A stretch of 63,994 bases of DNA, counting the filler, from Hyphochytrium catenoides (taxonomy: Eukaryota > Protista > Hyphochytriomycota), in NCBI GenBank assembly GCA_900088475.1. It is 16 parts of 16 records of this genome, joined end to end, with 100 filler letters (N's around TTAATTAATTAA, not from the genome) between each part and the next. Parts side by side here need not be neighbours in the genome. Positions count along the whole stretch, not along the records: positions 52,626 to 58,326 come from FLMG01004296.1; positions 58,427 to 62,778 come from FLMG01002133.1; positions 62,879 to 63,994 come from FLMG01001616.1; 13 more parts are not named here. One strand, 5' to 3'. The translations under genes and the position numbers were made by a program. Shown in pieces: positions 53,926 to 63,994 of the stretch (its first letter is position 1; every line of letters starts with the position of its first letter). A model generated the notes under the pieces. It was given only the letters and a program-made list of their open reading frames with translations, had not been told where the DNA came from and did not search any database.

Positions 53926-55412
53926 TTATCGAGGATCGGCTATTAAGAGATGTAACGCTCTCATCCTTGACACTGCACGCCAGGCTATGAACGTAGAGTA
54001 TTCTCTAGGAGTAAGACGTTCCACATCTCTGTCAGAGTGAAACTGCCCTTGAGCATCTAGACCAGCATTATCCAGCACCAGTTGCTGCTGGGCATGGCCT
54101 GTGGAGCCCATAAAAGCCCTGACGTCTCTGTCAAACCAATCCCGCTTGGAGAAAGGGGCATCGTCGTGCATACAGTGGATGTGAATTGTATCAGAGATGT
54201 CACTGTTAGTCTCTAAAGAAGGACGGTCAATTCCACTGGAACGGTACTCATCTGAGAGCTCAGGGACCAACTGATTGATGGCTATTCCGCTGCGTACACG
54301 CTGACGACGCCCCTCCACCAGGTTGGCCACTCTCCCTCGTCATAGGTGTGGAATAGATGTCCCACCCCGTCGACATGCGGACCAAACTCATTCTTGATCA
54401 GTTGAATCCCCAGGCTCATGGAGATGTTCACAATCTGCCCTATAATAGAAGGAGGGACGAACCAACCGGGAACAAATGTCTGACACACCACGATGTGTAT
54501 AGCCATACTTCGATGCCACAAAGCGCACCCTTTCCCTTGTGAAATCGTTGGTGTACCCTGTTGCACCGTAAGCCATATCGGTTTCAGGGCGATAGGTGAG
54601 AATCCGTGGTGTGATGAAAGCGTCCTCGTCAGTCCTGAGGATGTAATGATGGCGGCCTAGAACTTCAGGGAAAGGATACTGGGAGATGAAGTACAAGGAG
54701 TTGATAAAGCCGTAGTTGGCCTCTTCCCATTCCTGAGGAAGAGCAGGCTGAGGGTACCACCAGCAGTTAGCCACCAAATCATGTTGGAAGAGAATGCTAC
54801 TTCTCTCACTGCCGGAGCTTGGCCTTTATGCCCTGTGATTCTATCTCTAATGAGGTCTGTCATCGAGCGACAGTCCGGAGGCAAGTCACCGCATGGCGCC
54901 TCACAAGAGATTAAGAGATCAACTATGGTGTCTCTGGCTTCAGGCAGAGACGTGACATAAGCCCATGACGGATGGAGAAAGAAGTTAAGGAAAGATAGGT
55001 GATGGTTCTGCTTCGACACTCCGACGACAACGGCCAAGTGAGAGATCTTGTTACCTACAGGCAACCCAACGTACTCGGACTGCTTTGTTCTCAGACGCTG
55101 GGAGGTCTGTACGCTTCTTCGTTCGGTTTGCATTTGGGAAGGATGGGTTTGATGGCCCCACGAGGTGGACTCTGCGTCATTATTGCTTGCAAAGCCATGT
55201 TGAGCTTGGGCGCCGTGCTTTCGGTGACCGAAAGGGATCACCATGATAAAGCAAAGTACCATAGCTAGGATGCAGACGTGGCCATAGGATGGACGGATCG
55301 ACGCACTTTCTTTAAGCTCTCCATCCCTATCGTCGCACTTCTTTCTTTTGCTGGTGAAAGGGCGGATGAATAGCCTCGTTATCCCTGCCTTTACCGCAGT
55401 TATGCAGCTCAT
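53926..55412 (-). pseudogene. DUF7164-like (putative glycosyltransferase-related) type II membrane protein with three single-base frameshifts
   Basis: Segments in different frames join into one family-like protein: TM; YGFINS..YILRTDEDAFITP..GATGY; WPTWWRGVVSVYAAE/IAINQL; HIHCMH..FSK. Family name is from recall. Confidence 0.65.
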
Positions 55413-57564
55413 TATTCTTCGTACGTTGACACCATTGTGGCCCACCTCATGCGAAGAAGAGGAGTGTTGGCAGGATGACTAACCTACTCCTGGTCCCGGT
55501 AGCGCGACAGCGGTGCCCTTCTGTTGGCGAGCCGTGTCATAGTCATAGACGGTGGCTCCTCTATTATCGTATCTCAACATTCTACACAGAGTGCAACGGA
55601 GTGTACGCAAACCTATGCTCCTTGTCCAGAAGTCGACGGATTGATGCAGTCTGCCCTTGAGGAAAGGAATACAAAGAATCCCGGATAACAAGGTACGTAC
55701 CACCCTATACAAAACCTCTATTGCACAAAACAGAGGAAGGTATCCAACGAGCGGGCTCCCTTCTATTGCCTAAGTTCGCAGAGATTCAATAGCGTATAGA
55801 AAGATAAAGCGCTCTTCAGTAGACGGCACAGGCGGGTGTGGAATGTAGAATCAAGCGCTTGTGATAAAGCGCCTTGTGCAACTAAGGGTACTCTGCAACC
55901 TCCTTACCGTCATTCATCCTTTCTCTCGTTTCGCTATGTTAGTTTACTCTTCCTGGTGGGCCGTAGTGGCCCCGCCGCCCGCCGTACTCTGTCCATTCTT
56001 CAGAAGGCGTTCCAGACAAGGTTCAGTTAGAACCTGAGATGCTCAGTCAACAGACAATAAGCACACCAAAAAGAGAGAAAGGAAGACAGAACAAAACTAA
56101 GAAGAGGAGAGGCCATAAGGGCCAGGCCTGGGATCAGTTAGCGTGCCGTTTGGGAAGAGAGAAAGCATCATCGATCTCTGGCCCCAGGGAGGCTTCTTAT
56201 CTCCTGGTCATTCACTCTATGGGACCAGCAGATCATGCAGTCGGCGGAGGGATGACATTGATCAATCATCGGCTGCGCAACCAATTACCTTTTCCATCTC
56301 TTCTATCTTGTCAGTGTCTGTGCTGCATACTAGTATTAGACATTCTATACACTACAGAGAGGGGACTCCGGGCTGCTGCTCCAACTTGCGGAAGTACTCC
56401 GAATCATCTATTCGTGTGGTTTAATTAGAAGGAGGAAGAAGAAGAAGAGCTGCAACACGTCTTCTATTATCTCAGAGCAGACGGCGGTGGATTGTCTTTC
56501 TTAATTGAGCGCCTAAAAGCGCCTACTACTGTCAGATAATTATAGCAATAAGACCATCACAGTGGCTTAGTGAGAGAATAAGGGCTGACGATGTAGTAGC
56601 ACGAGGAGATTATTCACAATGTGGTGGTGGTTGGAAAGGGAGGAGGAAAATAATAGAAGGACCTTCCTTGGCATCATCAGCTTCCATCCGACCCCTCATC
56701 TTTCATATTCTGCAGACATCACGCCTCAGCAAGCTAATCATCATTTAACCTTACCTAGTACTCCGAAGTAGTAGTCATGGACCATCATCATCATGATAAG
56801 CTCCTCCTCCATCCAGTAGTAGTCATACCGTAGTACTGCTGGCAGTAAAGCTGCAATCCGCGGGGTTCGTCTTCTGCTTGAGTTTCCTTTCTGGCGTCTC
56901 CGGATCATCAGGAAGAAGGAGAACTCAAGAACTACATCATGTCTATCTTTTGCAGAGAGAAGAAGGCGAGAAGAGGAGATTGATGAGACCAATAAATAAA
57001 TCACCATTGAGGTTTCGGGTTGGGTACCGAATCTCAGAATATAAAGAGAAATAGAATCATTCTGAATAGTATGATCTAATATTATGCTGGTGGTCAAAGC
57101 TAGAGTTCATCATTCTGAATAAATGAGGAGAAGAAACATCGGACTTTTGGTCTCTTCTGAAGCTCAACAAGGTCCTGCGTTTCTGATGATTGCTGTGCAG
57201 TGCTCCTTGGCTTTGCGTTGTCCTGCCCCTGCCTGGCTACACCCATTCTTCAGACCAAGCTCCTCCTCTGCTGCCCTCTCTCGTCGCTAGATTGTCAGTT
57301 CTCCTGACCTCTCTGCAAGGCAGCTTCTCTTCCAGCTTGAAAGGCTTCCCTGATGTGACCGCCCAACAAGAGTTAGAATATAGTGTTCGCATGACGTCTA
57401 ACAGCGGTCCGAACATGAGGGTCATACGCCAAGTGAAGGATAGGCTCTGCAGCACATCAAGAGCCACCTCACTTCTTAAGTTCTTTGTCTTCTCTTAGGG
57501 CTTATATTGCTGATAGGAGAAATTTCTTCTTGTCTACTCTCTCTGCCTTACACCTTACCACTTC

Positions 57565-58226
57565 ATGAGGGACGTCAACGGCATCCGCCCGGAGAAGGAG
57601 GATCCGGCACTGCTACTGACTCGTCACACCTCTTGGAGAGGTGTCAACCGACTGAGTCGGCCAAGCATGCTGAGGGACCAGCCAGAGGAGTCCAACATGA
57701 CCGACATGGACTCATCGTTGCAGTCGCACCACTCACAGGTAAGACTGCAGATGGATATGGGGTATCGAGGTTCCTCGTAGGACGGAATAGAGGAAAAGCT
57801 GATAAATCTAGAAGAAAGTGATGAGCTTCAGTAATGATGAAGCTAAGAGATCTAAAGCCATTCAACAGCCCTACGAGGTGATAAAAAGAGGGGGTGCGGG
57901 AGCAATCAGGGAAGACGGAGGTGAAGTGGCAGTTGAGACTCAGGAGTCCATGGCGAAAGAGCTGCTAGTCAAAATTTTCTTAAGCGGCATGTCCTCAATT
58001 TTGGCTATTTTTGATCTTTCAGCCTAGGCGGTACAAGGGCATGAAGAGGCGATGGCTTGCCTTTTGCATCTGCGGTATCCGATCCAAACTGGTGGCTGCG
58101 CTCCTGGCGATGGGGATTGCCGTCGTCATCGCCACCGGAGTCTTCAGCTACCAAGCTGCACATTCGGCACTCCTTCAGGGAGTGAAACAGTCCTTAACAG
58201 CCGTAACGTTCTCAAAGCAGCAGCAG
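57565..58226 (+). CDS. Membrane sensor/signalling protein with bacterial TM1-Cache-like N-terminus; exons 57565-57738 and 58023-58226 (3' partial)
   Basis: Phase-0 GT-AG intron; IRSKLVAALLAMGIAVVIATGVFSYQAAHSALLQGVKQSLTAVTFSKQQQ. Confidence 0.6.
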
Positions 58227-58569
58227 GTACCTTGCCTATTTGCTCTCCAGCTTCTTGTTAGTCCTTCTCTCAACCTCTGCCTGTTTTAGCCCTTAGCTTT
58301 CCAAGGCATTCTTATCTCGTCCACCCNNNNNNNNNNNNNNNNNNNNNNNNNNNNNNNNNNNNNNNNNNNNTTAATTAATTAANNNNNNNNNNNNNNNNNN
58401 NNNNNNNNNNNNNNNNNNNNNNNNNNCAAGGCTGGATTACCCATATCTAAAAGGGCGAGCCCTCAGGCTTGCCTGCTGTATTGATAAGTGGAGCACTCTA
58501 ATCTAATGACATTGTCCTATCATCCCATATAATCCAACAACTGTACCCTTCAAGTACCTAAAGATGCGC

Positions 58570-59800
58570 TTAACAGCCTCCCAGTGCACAACTCTTGGCG
58601 TTGATGTGTGCTGGTTCACGGATTGTACAACAAAACCAATGTCGGGCCTGGGTGACCATAAGGTACATAAGGCACCCTCCAGCTTCCCGATATGGCATCT
58701 GGCTCAGGAGCTCTTGAGTCTGCGGCGTAACTGGAATGTCTCGTCCCCTTGGTAGGTATGACTTTGGGCCTACTGGCAGCGGACTTGGATGACAGTCAGC
58801 CATGTTGAACCTCTCTAGGACGCTGTTGATGTACTTTGACTGCGACAGTGTGATGGTCGTCCTTGCTGTCCTGTCCCGACGTACCTTAATCCCGAGAAAA
58901 TAGTTGAGCTCTCCAAGGTCCGTGACCTCGAATCTGTCCGAGAGCATCTTCTTCATGCCTTTCACTAGATCCGTTGACTCTCCGATCAAAAGCAAGTCGC
59001 CTACAGATAGAGTGATTATCTCGGGCAGCTTGGAGTCTGTCTCAGTGCGGTTTCGGATGTACACGCAAGGCCTCACATATGCTGGGATGGAATCCATGCT
59101 TCTTCTTCAGATACCCGTCAAACACCTTGTTCCACTGTCGTGGGCTCTGCTTCAGGCCGTAGATGCTCCTCTTCAGCTTGCAAACATGATCTTGAGAACC
59201 AGCACGGGCGAATTCCGGAGGCTGCTTCATATACACCGTTTCTTCCAGCTCCCCGTGCAAGAAAGCAGTCTTGATATCCATATGATGAATCTCCATGTCG
59301 AAAGATGCCGCCAATGACAAGATGCACCGAAATGGACTCATGTCCGATGGTTGGAGCAAAAACTTTTTGATAATCGATTCCCTCCTTCTGCCGGAAACCT
59401 TGTGCCACTAATCTTGCCTTGTACCTCTCGACGGTCCCATCAGCGTGGGTCTTGACCTTAAAGACCCAGCGGCATCCTACGATGTTAGCTCCAGGAGGCG
59501 GGGAACCAGTTCCCATACCCCGTGCTGCTCCATGGAGTGTAGCTCGCTGGAGATTGCCTCTTGCCACTCCACTGCCTGAGGAGAGGCCAACGCGTCCTCT
59601 AAGGTCGCTGGTTCCTGAACATCCAACAGATTGAGACTTCCCGGTCGCATCCAGAGCGAGTCCTGCTGTCGCTGGCATAACTTCGCTTTTCGTCTTTAAA
59701 CAGTACAAGAAGACTCTGCGAGAGTAGTCATCGACAAACACAACATAGTAGCGATAACCTTCCAAGCTGGGCACTTGACAACCCCAACGTCGGTGTGTAC
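58570..59800 (-). mobile_element. Ty1/copia integrase + RT fragment, frameshifted
   Basis: [11 protein letters not shown]; [19 protein letters not shown]; [11 protein letters not shown]; [16 protein letters not shown]; DLGELNYFLG. Confidence 0.92.
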
Positions 59801-59945
59801 AAGCTGTTGGAGTCTGAGGGCACAGCGTGAAATAATTGTTGAGAGCAGAAGCTGACAAGAGCTCTAAAAGGCTCACAGTTCCAGACTCTATCTGACAAGA
59901 GGAAGAAGGCACAAAACAATTCAAAATCCCATACATTATAACAAT

Positions 59946-60790
59946 AAATATGGAAGGGTTGGCAACATCGATCGCTATAAGGCACGACCTGTAGCTCAAG
60001 CCTACAATCAAAAGCAGGGGATCAATTACAATGAGATATTTGCGCCAGTCGTCAGCTATGAATCCGTGATATGTATCCTCTCTTAGTTAGCGATGTATAA
60101 ATTTGAGATCCATCATCTGGATATTCGTACTGCCTTTCTCCATGGGGATCTTGATGAAACCATCTACCTGCGCCAACCTCCGGGATCCACCGGGACAGGA
60201 GCATTCTCGTTTGGAAGTTGAAGCGCAGCACCTATGGGCTCAAGCAGAGTCCTCGTCAATCGAAACAAAGTCTTAGTTATCTTCGCGAAAACGGATTTGA
60301 ACCCAGCTTCCTGTGAACCCTGCGTATACATCAACAGGTCGGGAGAGGATGGCAAGCCGACCATTGTGTCAACTTTCGTAGATGACCTACTGATATTTGC
60401 CCCAAGCACTGACCGTACAAATCAAGTTAGAGGCCTTATCAAGAGCAGATTTGACGTGAGGACTTAGGAGAACTTCAATACTTCCTGGGAGTGGGTGTTA
60501 TTCGGGATGGAAAGAATCGGAAGATTTATCTTCGACAACGACGATGTACTTGAGACCTCCTACAGCACTACGGCATGGAAGATTGTAACCCAGCGTTCAG
60601 TACGCCCGTTGCTCCTGGTGACATGCCACCCAAGGCAGACTCTCTCTCTACCCTCACTCTGAAGAGGAGGGCTCTTACTCAAAATACCCTACAACAGGAA
60701 TGCTGTGGGCAGTCTTATGCATCTGATGGTAGCCTCCAGGCCGGATATAGCCATCGCAGTACAAACAGTTAGCCAGCATATGGCCAATTT
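59946..60790 (+). mobile_element. Ty1/copia RT fragment (same family as 43931-44115)
   Basis: HLDIRTAFLHG, YGLKQS, EPCVY, FVDDLLI, RPDIA. Nucleotide similarity to 43931-44115. Confidence 0.9.
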
Positions 60791-62056
60791 TTGCGAGCCC
60801 GAAGGGCGAGCCTCAATTTCAACCCACAGGGGCTCAGCTCAAATTGGAAGAATCCTTTGAGAGCAGAAGCGCAAACAACATTGTGACTACTCTTCTTACC
60901 TCCTTCTTATTCGGCAAAGGTAGATGAAGATCAAGATTTTAGCCTCTTCCTTTGCGAGCATATAAGAAAGCTTGATTTACTTCGCGAAATGAAGAAGAAG
61001 AAAGATTTTTACGACAACCTCTATAAAGCCGCAGTACTTATGGCCCTTCCACCCTCATATGAAGGTATTGCTCAAGCCGTCCAAGTGCGTGGAACGGGGG
61101 AGCTATGTGCAAGTGCCATAGATGAAATTCTTATCGGAGAACAACACCGAAGATGTGCTATGCGCACTACCAACAAGAGTGATGAAGAAGAAGAAGAAGG
61201 CTTGGCAGCATACACTCTACATCAACAAACGATAAAGGAACCTCATCATCAACGTCATCACGAGACCAAGAACAAGTCTCATCCAGGATCATCATTATCA
61301 TCAAACATTAAACATCGGGACCAATGGCCGGAGTGCCCATTTTGCGGAAGTCGCAGCCATCCTTCGGAGAAATACTGGAAATCGGGCAGAACGCTCACCA
61401 CAGACCGTCTTTCTGGAAATCACGCTCAAAGAGGAATCTATCAATAGCTTTAGGCTCCGCCTAGGGCTCGCCCGACGTTACTAGTGCGTAATCCAGCCTT
61501 CGGCTGCATTATTAGTGGAAGATGCTTGGATCACTCCTTTACTTTAACACCAGGAGCTCTTCATTCCTTCTACAATGTTTTAGAACTCAAGAACTAGTTC
61601 TAGTTCTATCAGTAGTATTTCCTAGAGGAGGTAGGCACACTTTTAAGGGTCTCTCTACTCCTTCACCCACGCTTCCTACAGCAGAGTAGTGAGTGAGTGA
61701 TGAGTGTGAGTTAGTGAATGAGTGGCGAAACATTCAGCGAAACTTTCTCAACTCTTGACAGCTGCAAGAGTCGCGTGACATGTCACCTTCACCCTCAGCT
61801 CCTACAGCTAAAAAACAGGATTGTAGTTGATGCGTCTCAGGTAAAATGAGGTTACAACACAAATTCGCGTAGAAGCACGCGATGTGTCTCGGTTTATAGT
61901 GATACGTCTTGCGCTACAAATTCGATCTATGTTCATAGAAACCCTTTCGCTCCTCCTCTGACCCCTTTTCTATCTCCAAAGTACACAAACNNNNNNAGTC
62001 CATTTGTGCTGAAGCCCCTGTGGGTTGAAATTGAGGCTCGCCCTTCGGGCTCGCAA
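60791..62056. mobile_element. Unclassified DNA element(s) bounded by ~57-bp inverted repeats with a GCCC-GAA-GGGC hairpin; encloses a copia gag fragment (60989-61438)
   Basis: 60791-60848 is the reverse complement of ~61999-62056 with few mismatches. gag motifs VLMALPPSY and CPFC..H. Confidence 0.65.
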
Positions 62057-62549
62057 TCAAAAGCTATGAATTTATTATTAATTTATCTGCATCAAACGGA
62101 AGACTTCTTATCGCAGTAAAGGCAATTCTGAGAAGAACTGAAGAACACAACCAGCTCATCACTAAGGAAGCATCTCAACCACCAACTGAACTATCTCTTT
62201 CCGAAGAGGAAGCACGAACAGGAGCCAAGCAACATCAAAGTCCCAAGGATCCAAATCATTACGCAGGCCTCGAATCAAGAAAAGCTTGACGCTAAGAACA
62301 ATATTCTCCATCTTTCTACTTAGCACTGAAGCAACCAGACAATGTGGAATTTTTGGACATCTCAACGCGTCTATCAAAGAGGCTAAGCAAGCACCATCTC
62401 GACAACTCCGCTGTTCATCGTACATTGAGAAATGTGTGCAATGAAAACCAAGAACCAAGTAACCTCTTTCTAGCGGGTCTACAGCATGCGGGGAGGTGTT
62501 GATGTTCAGCTTCGACCCTTCACAATAGGGAGTTCGAGCTGCGGGGAGG

Positions 62550-62778
62550 TGTTGGAGTCTGAGGGCACAGCTATTATGTGGACTACAAGCTGGCAAGCTT
62601 AACTACCCAAGTTTCAGCTCCAAACTCCCAGTAGAAGCCGAGATATGAAGCAAAAGAAATGTGCCCTGTTTATATCTATGGCTTATGGTCAGTACCCCGG
62701 AATACCGTCAAGACTGACTGTTCTAGACAGGGATTGTTGAGTGCTACTATGTTCGTTGTCAGTAGTACAGTAGTCACT
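62550..62778 (+). mobile_element. LTR family A (after polypurine tract GCGGGGAGG) interrupted at 62735 by LTR family B
   Basis: Homology to 39920-40070, then an abrupt switch to the reverse complement of 39835-39877. Confidence 0.8.
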
Positions 62779-63994
62779 NNNNNNNNNNNNNNNNNNNNNN
62801 NNNNNNNNNNNNNNNNNNNNNNTTAATTAATTAANNNNNNNNNNNNNNNNNNNNNNNNNNNNNNNNNNNNNNNNNNNNTGCATGTCCTTTCGATGGCTAG
62901 TCGTTTGCAGCTCGATTTGTAACGGATAAGGCCAATGTTCAACAGAGTTGAAATTTCACTTCACTGTGTGCTGATGAATGATGTCTTCCTCACAGAACAT
63001 GTTCCAGGGCAGAGTCTGGCAACAGAAGCCCCAGAAATAGATTCAGACAAAGAGCTAAGAAGGGTCAGCAGGGTGGACTGGATGAGCCAACTTTCAACAA
63101 CAGAGTCTCAGCAAGGACAGGGGTAGCAACTCCTACATCTCTCTGTCGCCAGCGCCGTTGCTCATGATGCAGCAGCAACTGTCAACATCAAGCCACCTCG
63201 CTCAGCAAGCGGTTAATGGTACTGATGCAGACAATGGTACCACGGCACTATCGGCTGCTGTTCTCTCTGGTTTTGTTGTTGCAGAGGTACAAACAGGAGC
63301 TGCGACACTATCATTCTTCTCCCCATGACTTTATTTTATGGTCCACACTCACCACCATATATACATCATTCCGCCCCAACCACCGCAGTCTCATCATTCT
63401 ACCAGCGTGTTTTCGAACAACGTGTTGTGCCTCTCCTACTTTGTGGGAATCCGTTTACCCGTAAATTGCCTTTCCCCATTGATATTTCTTCGTTGGGAGG
63501 TCCAGAAGCCTTCTTCTGCAATGACGAAGACATCATTAGTCAGCACAAAGAGCAAATGTTCAGCTTGGCGCCACCTTTTTTTTCTTGTCATTTCTAAATG
63601 GTGACTGTCTATCTTATTTGTACCCGTACTATTTTTATGAGTTAGTTCCGCGCTACTACTACTACACGCAGAACTACTATCGACAGAGGAGTCTCAGTCA
63701 TTTTGGATTACGATGGGCGTTCAAGCGATTTGCCTACATGTATAGTGCTATAATCATGGACAATTCTTCTTCCACAGAGAGCAATTACTACCGAGAAGAG
63801 GCATTATTACAGCCGTTTCTAGATTAATTTCGCTCCTTTCAAAACGAACGAAATTCATTTGCGGGCGCGATGAGTCGAACGAAAATCAAAAATCTCCTCG
63901 TCCAAATCAATCTAGAGGCGGTCGGGTTTTGCTTGGTGAGTTTTGTTGACGATCTTAAATCAGCACTGGTTGCCTCCTTCTCTTCCACCTTCAC

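Noticed and set aside
62879-63994. Last contig, and also 34174-35318 and 56440-57120, as transposase remnants
   Set aside because: Composition is TE-like but no diagnostic motif could be identified by eye.

Overview
Draft-assembly window from a microbial eukaryote: spliceosomal GT-AG introns, TTAGGG-type telomeric repeats, and gene families compatible with a stramenopile/SAR protist (the lineage is inference). It is about 16 unrelated contigs joined by an artificial 100-bp linker (44 N, TTAATTAATTAA, 44 N), so adjacency across linkers means nothing. Most ORFs in the supplied track are artefacts of (GA)n/(CT)n microsatellites. Real genes rebuilt from exons: THADA-like, a C2-domain protein, a WW/B-box protein, EBP2, a non-animal heme peroxidase, a C2H2 + repeat + TAZ protein in a compositionally distinct island, an H6PD-type dehydrogenase with signal peptide, a class-III aminotransferase, SF3A3, a bacterial-like SDR, a HAD-like protein, a rolling-stone-like membrane protein, a frameshifted DUF7164-like gene and a gene with a bacterial TM-Cache-like N-terminus. 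Repeat contigs hold nested Ty1/copia fragments and LTRs, a hAT-like end, CRE-like non-LTR 3' ends, probable telomere-associated Penelope-like elements joined by (CCCTAA)n, and an unclassified hairpin-ended DNA element. The best leads are the hairpin-ended element family, bipartite (GA)n/(CT)n introns, microsatellite-encoded protein segments, the TAZ island and the telomeric Penelope-like chain.
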